The translations under genes were made by a program, and so were the position numbers. The notes beneath the pieces were generated by a model. That model searched no databases. It was not told the DNA's origin and saw only the letters and a list, made by a program, of their open reading frames with translations. This document shows, in pieces, positions 28,092 to 37,205 of a DNA stretch of 64,000 nt (within the stretch, counting starts at the first letter, position 1; the number at the start of each line of letters is the position of its first letter). Source of the DNA: Candidatus Gottesmanbacteria bacterium. GTDB lineage: Bacteria > Patescibacteriota > Microgenomatia > UBA10105 > UBA927. The stretch covers positions 375,830 through 439,829 of the forward strand of contig CAVQFA010000003.1 in assembly GCA_963711735.1 (NCBI GenBank). Reading direction: 5' to 3'.

Positions 28092-29139
28092 AAGTTCCGA
28101 ACATATATCCGGTGAGAATTGATGCAAACGGATATATGGGAAGCACATACCAGGCTAACCTCGTTTTCATACCAATGGATAAAACAAGAATTATAAGTAT
28201 CATGCTTAAAGAAAAAAATACCGGAAACTCCGGACGTTTACGGGTATAAAAAATTCCGTAAAATATACTGACAGGAAAAAACGGAAAAAGGGGATATACC
28301 TGCGGATCTGAAATAACCTGTAAGGGATACGTCCATGTATGTGCGTGACCTTCGATTGGGTTTGTTATCCTTTGAAATATATGATACCCGAAGTGTGACA
28401 GGAGAAAATTACTACCGTACATTGCATACATATATACATACCAGGGAAGTATAAGAAGAAGCAAAAAGAACAGCGCTTTCATCAGCTGGTTTTTTATAGA
28501 GAAAATTGGTTGCCGGAGGCAGATAATTCTGTAAAACCAAAATAAAACAAACGGCGCCAGGCCAAGTGGTCCTTTAGTGAGGACCGCAAGAGCAGAAAAC
28601 AATGTTCCCCACAGCAATCCCTGTCTGAATCCTTTGAGGTTAAGATGGAAAAAATACAGCGACATTGTTATCCAAAGGATCTGAAGTATATCCATATCCG
28701 CAGAGCGTATCGTGTGCGTTGAAAAAAAACCGCCGGAGTTTGTTATAAAGAGATGTGGTGTGGCAAGAAGAGTCAGAACTGCAAATATTCCGCCTGTTTG
28801 AGTGCTCAGATTTTTGGTAATGATATATACAAACAGGATGAGTAAGAATCCTGATAATGCACCGGTGAAACGGAACGAATACGTATGTAATCCGCCGGCG
28901 GATGAAACAAGCCAGGTTATCATGTACCAAAGCGGAGGCTTTTCGAAAAACGGTTTTCCGTCAAGCGTCATTTTAAACGGATCGCCTCTTTGAATCATCT
29001 CCTTGACGACCCCGGCATTAGTTTTCTCATCCCACCGTGCGAGGGGTTCTCTCCCGAGACTTACAAAACAAAGCATGAATGCAACGATCAGAATAAGGAT
29101 TGTACAAAGATGTAACAGATTCCGTTTAATTCTCATCAT
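28063..29139 (-). CDS. GT39/GT83-family (PMT/ArnT-like) membrane glycosyltransferase
   Basis: N-terminal TM then the conserved first loop (REPLARWDEKTNAGVVKEMIQRGDPFKMTLDGKPFFEKPPLWYM), followed by multiple TM helices. Short for the family at 358 aa. Confidence 0.6.
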   Translation of the reverse strand: MMRIKRNLLHLCTILILIVAFMLCFVSLGREPLARWDEKTNAGVVKEMIQRGDPFKMTLDGKPFFEKPPLWYMITWLVSSAGGLHTYSFRFTGALSGFLLILFVYIITKNLSTQTGGIFAVLTLLATPHLFITNSGGFFSTHTIRSADMDILQILWITMSLYFFHLNLKGFRQGLLWGTLFSALAVLTKGPLGLAPFVLFWFYRIICLRQPIFSIKNQLMKALFFLLLLILPWYVYMYAMYGSNFLLSHFGYHIFQRITNPIEGHAHTWTYPLQVISDPQVYPLFPFFPVSIFYGIFYTRKRPEFPVFFSLSMILIILVLSIGMKTRLAWYVLPIYPFASILTGYMFGTFSGDREPRV

Positions 29140-29183
29140 TGAAATAACCGGAAGAAAAATTTGTACGTATGCCGTGTCTCACA

Positions 29184-31139
29184 TTATTCCAATACAATTC
29201 CGGTATAAAAATATTTCCACCTGCTTAAAAACTCCGCGGTTGTGAGTTCGTAGGAACCTCTCCACGGATCATTGACAGACAGGTGCGTAGGGTTTGCAGC
29301 AGATCCTTTAAATCCTGTTACGATATACGAATGCATGCCATTGACCGCTTTTATGACAGTTCCGTCCCCTGCAGTCCATGAAACATCATGCGGATCAGAC
29401 CATCCGTTCTGGCTCCAGATCATGACGGGATTTCCTTTTACTATCTCCGCGGTAATTCCGGTTATATTCCATGATGTGTATAGCCGCGTTTTTCCGTATG
29501 AATTCAGTACTTTTTCAATAGGCTCCCAGTATGTACCGTAACTTGCGACGTACCCTTTATGCGGATTTCCCGATCCGCGGACACCCGAAGAACCGATTTT
29601 TGATTTTAAATCATTCTCGGTTATGAAAATATTTTTATGTGCAAGAAGCATTCGTGTTGCAGCGATGTTGCAGGTAAAAAGTTCTTCCTGATGTATCAAA
29701 GGAATATGCAGGAGGTATTGTTCATCCTGTGTCGTAAATGACACCCGCATGTCATCCGCAGAAGGTAAACCGTATACTCCGGACATCCCTTTGGGGAATG
29801 TTACCGTATACCGGGTGGAAAATTTCATAGGGATTGACGGAGTCATAGTAATAATATTTCCCTCCCATGTTATTTTTTTCTGAAACGGCGGAGAAACGGA
29901 TACACGGGACTCAATGAGTTCTTTATCGATTGCCTGATTAAACGTAAATGTGAGTGGTGAGGTTACGGGGATAGTCACGCTGTCATTGGCGGGGTTGGAT
30001 TTAGTAAGCAATAGAGAGCCAACCGTCGTAAACGCGTGTGTTACATCAGATTCAATAGCACCGCCGCTTGTGTTTTTTATGCCGCTTTTGATCGTGAGCG
30101 TATACGCAGTACTTTTTGCAAGCGCTTCATTCGGTGTGAATGTGAGGATGGATCCGCTGAAGTCCCAGTTATATGATCCGTTTACCGGAGGGGTCAGACT
30201 GACACGGTTTTCGGCACTTTCCTTATCCATTGTATCGTCAAAATATATGCGTATTGTTTCATTAGGGAGAACTGATGTGCCTTCCGGATAGATAGCCCGG
30301 ATGAGAGGCGGCCGGACGGTTGTAAATGTCAGCGTTTCTATTTCTTTTATTTCTCCTTTTGAGATAGTCCTGCCGCTCGTTATGTCGTATACCACGGGAG
30401 CTTGTTTGAGATGTACGGTATAGGTTGTCCCCTGCGTAAGTTGTTTGTCAAACATGAGTGTGGCGGTTTGACCATCCGTATACTGTAACCGGAACTGTTC
30501 TTCCGGTATGACGGCAGCTTCCATATACGACGCCTTGCCCGCTGGTGATGCAAGCTGGAATTGTATTTTGGTGTTTGGCTGTATGTCTGTTGCCCCTTTG
30601 GCAATATTTGCTGAAACGGAGGTTGATATGGGCGGAGCGTTAAATTCTAGTAAATACTCGCTTCCGAAATCACGGGAATATGCCGGAGTGATATTCGCTG
30701 CATATATCATAATTTTTTCACCGGGAGTATATGAAATTTTCGGGTAGTACGTTACGGTCCGCGCAAAAGGTAATATTCCCAGGTATTTGTTTGCGACAAA
30801 TGCACCTTGTGTGTCCGGTGCGCTGTGAAGGGTAAGTTTCCGTATGTCCACCGGCGCGTCGAATGTAATTACAACCGGAGTATCGTACGCTGCAACCGTG
30901 CTGTTTTTGACGGGACTCGTGGATGATACGTGCGGTTTTATGGATAATAAGCGTATCACGTTGTTAAAAGAAACAGTAATAAAAAGGATAAGAAGAATTG
31001 CGGGAAACAGATTATGTAATTGCCTGTTTTTTATTGTTTGAACGCATAAACGGCAAAAAAGTCCGACGGATACCAACCCAAAAAGGGCAGCGAGATAAAA
31101 AAGTACTTCAAATGGTACGGATGTTGTTAATCGTTCCAT
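29184..31139 (-). CDS. membrane-anchored multi-Ig-like-domain protein with a C-terminal papain-like (peptidase C39-like) domain
   Basis: N-terminal TM, four or more ~90-aa beta-rich repeats, and a C-terminal ~190 aa with candidate Cys/His catalytic residues (FTCNIAATRMLL ... MHSYIVTGF ... NDPW). Confidence 0.5.
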   Translation of the reverse strand: MERLTTSVPFEVLFYLAALFGLVSVGLFCRLCVQTIKNRQLHNLFPAILLILFITVSFNNVIRLLSIKPHVSSTSPVKNSTVAAYDTPVVITFDAPVDIRKLTLHSAPDTQGAFVANKYLGILPFARTVTYYPKISYTPGEKIMIYAANITPAYSRDFGSEYLLEFNAPPISTSVSANIAKGATDIQPNTKIQFQLASPAGKASYMEAAVIPEEQFRLQYTDGQTATLMFDKQLTQGTTYTVHLKQAPVVYDITSGRTISKGEIKEIETLTFTTVRPPLIRAIYPEGTSVLPNETIRIYFDDTMDKESAENRVSLTPPVNGSYNWDFSGSILTFTPNEALAKSTAYTLTIKSGIKNTSGGAIESDVTHAFTTVGSLLLTKSNPANDSVTIPVTSPLTFTFNQAIDKELIESRVSVSPPFQKKITWEGNIITMTPSIPMKFSTRYTVTFPKGMSGVYGLPSADDMRVSFTTQDEQYLLHIPLIHQEELFTCNIAATRMLLAHKNIFITENDLKSKIGSSGVRGSGNPHKGYVASYGTYWEPIEKVLNSYGKTRLYTSWNITGITAEIVKGNPVMIWSQNGWSDPHDVSWTAGDGTVIKAVNGMHSYIVTGFKGSAANPTHLSVNDPWRGSYELTTAEFLSRWKYFYTGIVLE

Positions 31140-33553
31140 GCAGAATATATTCTGGATACTGTCGTATATATAACCGGGCCCATATCTCTTACAAACAGAT
31201 ATTGATCAATTTGTGAGAGCACATTCTCCGCTTTCGGAAATTCCGTTCCCGCCCATTTAGGATGGCTGGTGAAGACGATTGAAACGGGAGCATTTACGGG
31301 GTCACCGGAAAAATTATCCCGGTAACGGGCAAGGAGTGCCGTGCTGTCGGATTCATACGTGTTTCCGCCGTTATTGGGAATTTCAAAGATTGTTAAATTA
31401 TCCGTACTGCTTTTGTTTTGATCCCAAATCGACGGGAAGTATGGTTGAGAACGGGAATTCAGATTCCACGGACTGGTATAAGATCCGTTCCACATGACAT
31501 GATCTCTTCCTGATGTATCATAGAGAAATCCGAGTTTGGAAAGTACGGATAGCGTATTTTCATCTGCAAACCACCCTCCCGCACGGAATCCGGGCGGTTT
31601 TCCGAATCCGTTTTTTTCAAATTCCTGTATGGAGAACGACAATATTTTTTCCAGCTCGTCTTTGGAGTATGCTGTCAGAAGTACATCATATCCGTCCGCG
31701 TTTTTATAGCCCCAGCGCGGAGTAGTTTTGGTGACTACACCCGCAGCACGGATAAAATCAAACTGGGCATGTATGTGAAGACTTATTTCATCACGGGATA
31801 GTAATTGGCGGTTGGTAAGCCATCTTGTGAGTGCGTCGACTTGTGCATTTGATGTCAGCCAGACCATTGGGTGAAAAAATTGCGTAAACGGTATTGCGTA
31901 GTGCTTCATGGAAAGCGTATCGATATTCTTAAGCGTTGACTCCGGAACAGTATCTCCCTCCCAATCCAACGTCCATGCGACATACACCGGTTTTGAAACT
32001 ATCAGATATTTCGATGCACCGGAAACCGTAATATTCCCCGGTAATTGTTTTATAACTTCGAGCGTATACAATCCGGACGGTATACCGGAAAGATCGATGG
32101 TTTTTTCGATGATTTGTTTTTTGGGATTGAGAGTGCCTTTGATATCCGTGTTTTTTATTTCATATGTGTACGTAAATTGCCCTGATAGTTGTGGAAGAAG
32201 TGTTGTGTTTTCTCCGGTATCAACAGAGAACTGTAATATGGAGTCAGCGGCAGTTTTGGTACCCACAAGAAACCACGTCCTGTTGGTTTTCAGTGAGATG
32301 GGTTTGATAATTATCTCGGAAACCGGAGTGATAATGTTTACTTTCATACTGTCCCCGTATGGTGATGATGATTTGTTCAGAATCGGAGGAACGAGAGAGA
32401 CGAAACACGCGACGAGAAAAAGTATGAGATGCCTTTTCTTTATCCGGGTGTGTCTTTCATGAATTGACACTAATGATCGTAACGCCAGCGCCGGACGTTC
32501 AAGAGAAAAGATTGTCAGGATTGCACTGAGAAACAGAAGAACAATATAAAGACAAAGTACGGAAACAGGATCAGAAAACTGACGGTTTACCATGATCTTG
32601 TACATGAACAAAAGGAGAATATGTCCGATATAGAAATCAAACGGTCTCCGCCCCGTAAACTGTATCCATGCAGAGAGTGGTTGAATGAGTTGCATGTTTT
32701 TTACAAGGTACCCGAGCGCCTTCACCATAAACACCCCGGCAAGTCCGAGAGATATAAATCCTATTGAAGGCGGCCAGCGCATGGAGGGATTGAGAACGGG
32801 GGACGGATATATATACTGTAGAATATATCCGGAAATTGCAATTATTCCGAAAAACACGCTTGCTGATACGGAGAGAGTGAAGTGTCGCAATCGGGATGAA
32901 ATAGTCAGCATGTACCGTTTCCATAAAAAGCCGAGGATGAAAACGGGAGCATACTGAAGGATTGGAAATCTGAGCAGTCCTTCATTTCCGGCAAATATCG
33001 CTTTTAGATTTGACCATGGGTAAACCAAATGTAAACCGTAGAGGAAATACCCCAACAGTAAAGATCCGATAGTTACAGCCAGTGCGTAAGCCGGTTTTTT
33101 GAATGACCGGAATATCCCAAGCAAAAGTATTGGTGCGAGAAAGACGAAAAACAGAAACGGAAGAAGAAATTCAGTGAAAGAAGGGACACGGATAAATAAG
33201 AGTATTTCCGTAATATGCCGGATGCTTTCGTAAAGAGATGTATGCACCTGTTCGGATATATAACTTGTAAAAGCAACGGTGTAATATCCGGCAAGGAGAA
33301 TGGTAAACCGCCGGAGTGTCCGGGAAACAATTTCAGATTGTTTAGAACCGTAAGAATTTTTCCGGACTATATAACTGGAAGCACCCATTGCAAACAAAAA
33401 TGCGGTAAACGAAAATGTGTTTGAGAGTTTTGCAGCGGCCACAAGTACGGCGTTTGATCCGTTATAGAAAAAATAGAGGGCGTGGGAAAGGATCATTGTG
33501 AGTATTGCCGATCCTTTCAGAAAGTCGATCGTTGTATCACGGATTTTCTGCAT
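31127..33553 (-). CDS. acyltransferase-3 (AT3/OatA-like) membrane domain fused to a large extracytoplasmic domain with CE4/NodB-like motifs
   Basis: AT3 N-terminus (IDFLKGSAILTMILSHA...) and about ten TM helices. A C-terminal ~400-aa domain has TLDWEGD (TFDDG-like), HIHAQ and FRAGGW (RxPY-like) strings. Confidence 0.5.
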   Translation of the reverse strand: MQKIRDTTIDFLKGSAILTMILSHALYFFYNGSNAVLVAAAKLSNTFSFTAFLFAMGASSYIVRKNSYGSKQSEIVSRTLRRFTILLAGYYTVAFTSYISEQVHTSLYESIRHITEILLFIRVPSFTEFLLPFLFFVFLAPILLLGIFRSFKKPAYALAVTIGSLLLGYFLYGLHLVYPWSNLKAIFAGNEGLLRFPILQYAPVFILGFLWKRYMLTISSRLRHFTLSVSASVFFGIIAISGYILQYIYPSPVLNPSMRWPPSIGFISLGLAGVFMVKALGYLVKNMQLIQPLSAWIQFTGRRPFDFYIGHILLLFMYKIMVNRQFSDPVSVLCLYIVLLFLSAILTIFSLERPALALRSLVSIHERHTRIKKRHLILFLVACFVSLVPPILNKSSSPYGDSMKVNIITPVSEIIIKPISLKTNRTWFLVGTKTAADSILQFSVDTGENTTLLPQLSGQFTYTYEIKNTDIKGTLNPKKQIIEKTIDLSGIPSGLYTLEVIKQLPGNITVSGASKYLIVSKPVYVAWTLDWEGDTVPESTLKNIDTLSMKHYAIPFTQFFHPMVWLTSNAQVDALTRWLTNRQLLSRDEISLHIHAQFDFIRAAGVVTKTTPRWGYKNADGYDVLLTAYSKDELEKILSFSIQEFEKNGFGKPPGFRAGGWFADENTLSVLSKLGFLYDTSGRDHVMWNGSYTSPWNLNSRSQPYFPSIWDQNKSSTDNLTIFEIPNNGGNTYESDSTALLARYRDNFSGDPVNAPVSIVFTSHPKWAGTEFPKAENVLSQIDQYLFVRDMGPVIYTTVSRIYSAWND

Positions 33554-33635
33554 ATTTATATTATTGTAGATTATTCAGTAATAATCTTCATACCGGCAGG
33601 ATATGATGATGCAAATTTTCCCTGAGGAAGTAGCT

Positions 33636-34244
33636 TTAAAATAAGGAGAACTGTTTGCTCTGATCAGGAGGAGGTTTGGGGTAGGAAAAGTCCACGGCTA
33701 TTTCCCGTACCGCATTCCATTTATCGGTATACTTCAGATGTTTATGTGTAAATCCGAAATCATATAGATCCCGGGTTAACAAAACGTCTGCCTCGCAGTA
33801 TTTCCGTAATTTTTCCAGGCTTTCCGGATCCCCTTTACGGAAATACTGTACAGCATTGGTTCCTACGTCAGTCTTGTCGGATTTGAGGGTGTTTCGGGCA
33901 AGCTCGCTTAAGCTGATACGCCTTCCAATTCGGTTTTTTACTATATCCATGAGGTCGAAATGCCTGAGTTTTGCAAAAGTTTGCGGGGCATATGGGGACA
34001 GCGCCGGTACATCAAAGTTGAACGAATTAAATCCGATTATCCGGTCTGCGTCTTCAAAGAGTTTCCACATTTTGGGTAATTCATGCTCCCAGAACGAAGT
34101 CATCGCTTCATGCTGCATGGAACCTGCGTCTGTCAGTCTTCTGTAAACGGACACTATGGATACACCCAAATCAGCGGGGTTGGAAGATTCTGCTTCGCGG
34201 AACAGTTGTTTGGTTTCAACATCAAAAACTACTTCAATTATCAT
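33636..34244 (-). CDS. DEDDy-type 3'-5' exonuclease (DnaQ/PolB-exo-like, YprB family)
   Basis: Exo I (VVFDVETKQ), Exo II (IIGFNSFNFDVPAL) and Exo III (YCEADVLLTRDLY). 202 aa, stand-alone. Confidence 0.55.
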   Translation of the reverse strand: MIIEVVFDVETKQLFREAESSNPADLGVSIVSVYRRLTDAGSMQHEAMTSFWEHELPKMWKLFEDADRIIGFNSFNFDVPALSPYAPQTFAKLRHFDLMDIVKNRIGRRISLSELARNTLKSDKTDVGTNAVQYFRKGDPESLEKLRKYCEADVLLTRDLYDFGFTHKHLKYTDKWNAVREIAVDFSYPKPPPDQSKQFSLF

Positions 34245-34404
34245 AGGAGCAAATTCCTATCATATCACGTATCGGATGTTTTGTCTGATACCGGGTGTGC
34301 GTATTACTATACCGCACAGATAACTCGGGAAGCAACCGTAACGTCGGGACAAAAAGACGCGCACAGTGTTAGCGGCATTTACTGAATCACAAAAAGAAAT
34401 CCGG

Positions 34405-35040
34405 TTATAATCCCACGGACTGATCTTCGGACTGGGATGGTGCTTCACTTCCTGACGTGTCTGTTGTCTTATCCTGCAGCGTGATATTTATTGATGTTTC
34501 TTTATCCTCTTTGTTCTTTAGAACCATGACGCTTCCTTCCAGATTACCTTTAGTTACCCCCCACGTTGTTGTCGTATCAAGCGTCATTGTGTTACTTATA
34601 GTCCATCCCCGGGATGGCAAGTTCGTTTTATAAAATGCGGTCACCTTTATTAGATCGTCCGTGGACGTCATGACAATCCAGAACCCTGTGGCGGTGTCGT
34701 TTCCGGACATCGATCCCTTTACCGTTGCACCGGGATAAAGCGGGAAATCTTTAGGAAACGTATCCGGAAGTTCCTGGCTTCCGCCGACACTTATGGATTT
34801 ACCGGTATCTTTGTCTGTAAACGTAAGCTGTTCTTTATCGGTGTTTATGGACAGACCGGTTTTACTTTCGATTCCCTTTTTCAGAAGTCCGGCTCCGAAG
34901 CGGGAAAACAGTACTTTTCCTGCAATGGAAAGAATTATGCCGGTCACGACAAGAAGTCCGATGCATCCTATTCCGACTATTGCGATAACAGGAAGTTTTT
35001 TTGATTGTTTTGGTGAATCTGCTGTTTTAATTTCTTCCAT
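34405..35040 (-). CDS. hypothetical membrane-anchored protein (211 aa)
   Basis: N-terminal TM, a Thr/Ser-rich beta domain and an acidic C-terminus. No recognised motif. Confidence 0.4.
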   Translation of the reverse strand: MEEIKTADSPKQSKKLPVIAIVGIGCIGLLVVTGIILSIAGKVLFSRFGAGLLKKGIESKTGLSINTDKEQLTFTDKDTGKSISVGGSQELPDTFPKDFPLYPGATVKGSMSGNDTATGFWIVMTSTDDLIKVTAFYKTNLPSRGWTISNTMTLDTTTTWGVTKGNLEGSVMVLKNKEDKETSINITLQDKTTDTSGSEAPSQSEDQSVGL

Positions 35041-35162
35041 ATAACTCCTTTCAGAATGACTCTATTACCTATAAGGTATACTGTTTTTTCTATTGTGCCA
35101 AGTAGGAGTAAGAATGTGAGCCTTCTTGACGTAAATACGCCCATAACCTACGATACAGGTAT

Positions 35163-36014
35163 ATGGCACAAACATACGTTCCTTTTCCGAAAATTCCGGC
35201 AGGGATTATATCAGTTATCGGTATCGTGATACTTTTATTTATCCTTTTTCGTTCGACAGCAATATTTGTTCCTCCCGGGTATACGGGCGTTGTGTATGAC
35301 CGTGGTGTCGGAGTTCTGAAAACTCCTTTGAAAGAAGGATTGCATTTTGCGATACCTTTCTGGCAAACCGTCGTATTTTTTGACACGCGTCTGCAGGAAT
35401 ACACCATGTCTATGGCACCGGATGAAGGAGCGGTGAAGCGTGATGATTCCCTTGACGCACCGACGAATGATGGCCAGCAGGTAAAAGTTGATGCAACGGT
35501 TCTTTTCCGCGTAGATCCGGATCGGACACCGCTCATTCTTCGGGAAATCGGAACTGATTATGTAGACAAACTGATCCGTCCTATCTCACGAAGTCAGATC
35601 CGTATGGTTATTTCACGCTATAATGCTATAGCAATTTATTCGGAGAGGCGTCAGGAGGCAGAAAACGTGATGACAAAAGAAATCGCCGCACTTCTTAAGC
35701 CCAAGTACATCATACTTGATAAAGTACTTCTGAGGACTGTCAATTTTTCGCCGGAATACTCAAATGCCATTGAAGCAAAAGTGATAGCGGAGCAGAAGAT
35801 TAAGCAGGCGGAATTTGAAGTAAAAGAAGCCTCACAAAGGGCGGAAGCAAAAGTTATAGAAGCAAAAGGTCTTGCTGAAGCACAACTTTTACAGAGACAG
35901 ACATTAACCGCTGAATATCTCCAGCTCGAAGCGATCAAAAAGTGGGACGGACATCTGTCACAAGTGCTCGGAAGCGGAGCTACACCTTTTTTTAACCTAC
36001 AACTCAAACCGTAA
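35163..36014 (+). CDS. SPFH/band-7 (prohibitin/HflKC-like) membrane protein
   Basis: N-terminal TM then an SPFH core (IFVPPGYTGVVYDRGVGVLKTPLKEGLHFAIPFWQTVVFFDTRLQEY) and a C-terminal coiled coil (AEQKIKQAEFEVKEASQRAEAKVIEAKG). Confidence 0.75.
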   Translation: MAQTYVPFPKIPAGIISVIGIVILLFILFRSTAIFVPPGYTGVVYDRGVGVLKTPLKEGLHFAIPFWQTVVFFDTRLQEYTMSMAPDEGAVKRDDSLDAPTNDGQQVKVDATVLFRVDPDRTPLILREIGTDYVDKLIRPISRSQIRMVISRYNAIAIYSERRQEAENVMTKEIAALLKPKYIILDKVLLRTVNFSPEYSNAIEAKVIAEQKIKQAEFEVKEASQRAEAKVIEAKGLAEAQLLQRQTLTAEYLQLEAIKKWDGHLSQVLGSGATPFFNLQLKP

Positions 36015-36596
36015 TCAGCGAAGCAGATGAGTCGTAATAAAAGTGTAGATAAGCGGATACCGTATATAAATAATGTAGCCGGTGAGAATAACGAGCCCCG
36101 GAAATACTATTGATTTTTCAAAAAGTCCTCCGGTTTTAACCCTCAGAAATCTGAAAGGCGGAAACCCAATTCTTACGGGAATCGGAAATAACCAGGGGAC
36201 TCCTTCTTTGGTAAGTGAATCCATAATGAGATGCGACGCATACCCGATCATTATTGCCCACCAGATAATCTGCATATCTACAAGTATAAAAGATTTTGCG
36301 GCAGTGAGGACGTAATGAAGAATCATTCCTGCAATACTCATGCCGAGTATTGAATGCGAAACCATCCGGTGGTTGCCAAGCAGAGGATGAACGATTTTTC
36401 CGAGCAATGATCCTCCGGGGATTTTATCCCAAAAATCGCTCGTCGCATCATCTATATCAGGAAGGAGCCCACCTATCATATTTGCACCGAATGCAGTTAT
36501 TGCAGTTGCAACCGTCATCGTGGGCAGTATTGGAATATAAGCAACAGTGAGTGTCAGTGCGGTAAATGCAGCGAGATCATGGGTGCGTGAAGTCAT
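36015..36596 (-). CDS. membrane-bound metal-dependent hydrolase (YdjM/DUF457 family)
   Basis: TM helices with conserved His/Asp (LPDIDD, HRMVSHSILG). 193 aa. Confidence 0.5.
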   Translation of the reverse strand: MTSRTHDLAAFTALTLTVAYIPILPTMTVATAITAFGANMIGGLLPDIDDATSDFWDKIPGGSLLGKIVHPLLGNHRMVSHSILGMSIAGMILHYVLTAAKSFILVDMQIIWWAIMIGYASHLIMDSLTKEGVPWLFPIPVRIGFPPFRFLRVKTGGLFEKSIVFPGLVILTGYIIYIRYPLIYTFITTHLLR

Positions 36597-36617
36597 GGTA
36601 GTAGTATAATACAGAAA

Positions 36618-37187
36618 ATGAAAAACGTATTAATTTTACACGGAGCAGGTAATAATTCCTCCGGAAATTGGTTTCCATGGTTAAAAGATGAACTTGAAAA
36701 GCGTGGTTTTGCTGTTTGGGTTCCTGATTTACCGAACGCTGACAGACCAAGTAAAAAATTGTGGCTCCAAACAGTATTTAATAATAAACAATGGAATTTT
36801 TCGGACCAAACAATTATAGTTGGACATTCTGCCGGTGCAACATTGATTCTGCGTATTCTCGAGAAGTTGCCAACGAATATAGTTATAGCAAAATCAATTC
36901 TCGTTGCAGGCCCAGTTGAACGCGGCACAAAGAAAGAATACTTTAAATATAAAGAGGATTTTGTAAGAGATCCGTTTCAATGGGAGAAAATCAAAAAATC
37001 CAGCAGGAAATTTTATTTATTTTATTCCGCTTCTGATATGTATGAATGTGGAATCGACCAGGGTAGAATAATTCATCAGCATGTTGGTGGAGAGTTGATA
37101 TTTAAACCCGACGAGGGACATTTTAATCTGGAAAAAGGGCAGCAGTATAAAAAATTTCCTCAACTGCTCGAAACAATACTTATATAA
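36618..37187 (+). CDS. alpha/beta hydrolase, RBBP9/YdeN-like serine hydrolase
   Basis: Family N-terminus (VLILHGAGNNSSGNWFPWL) and nucleophile elbow (GHSAG). 189 aa. Confidence 0.6.
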   Translation: MKNVLILHGAGNNSSGNWFPWLKDELEKRGFAVWVPDLPNADRPSKKLWLQTVFNNKQWNFSDQTIIVGHSAGATLILRILEKLPTNIVIAKSILVAGPVERGTKKEYFKYKEDFVRDPFQWEKIKKSSRKFYLFYSASDMYECGIDQGRIIHQHVGGELIFKPDEGHFNLEKGQQYKKFPQLLETILI

Positions 37188-37205
37188 GTCAATAATTCCA
37201 GAACC

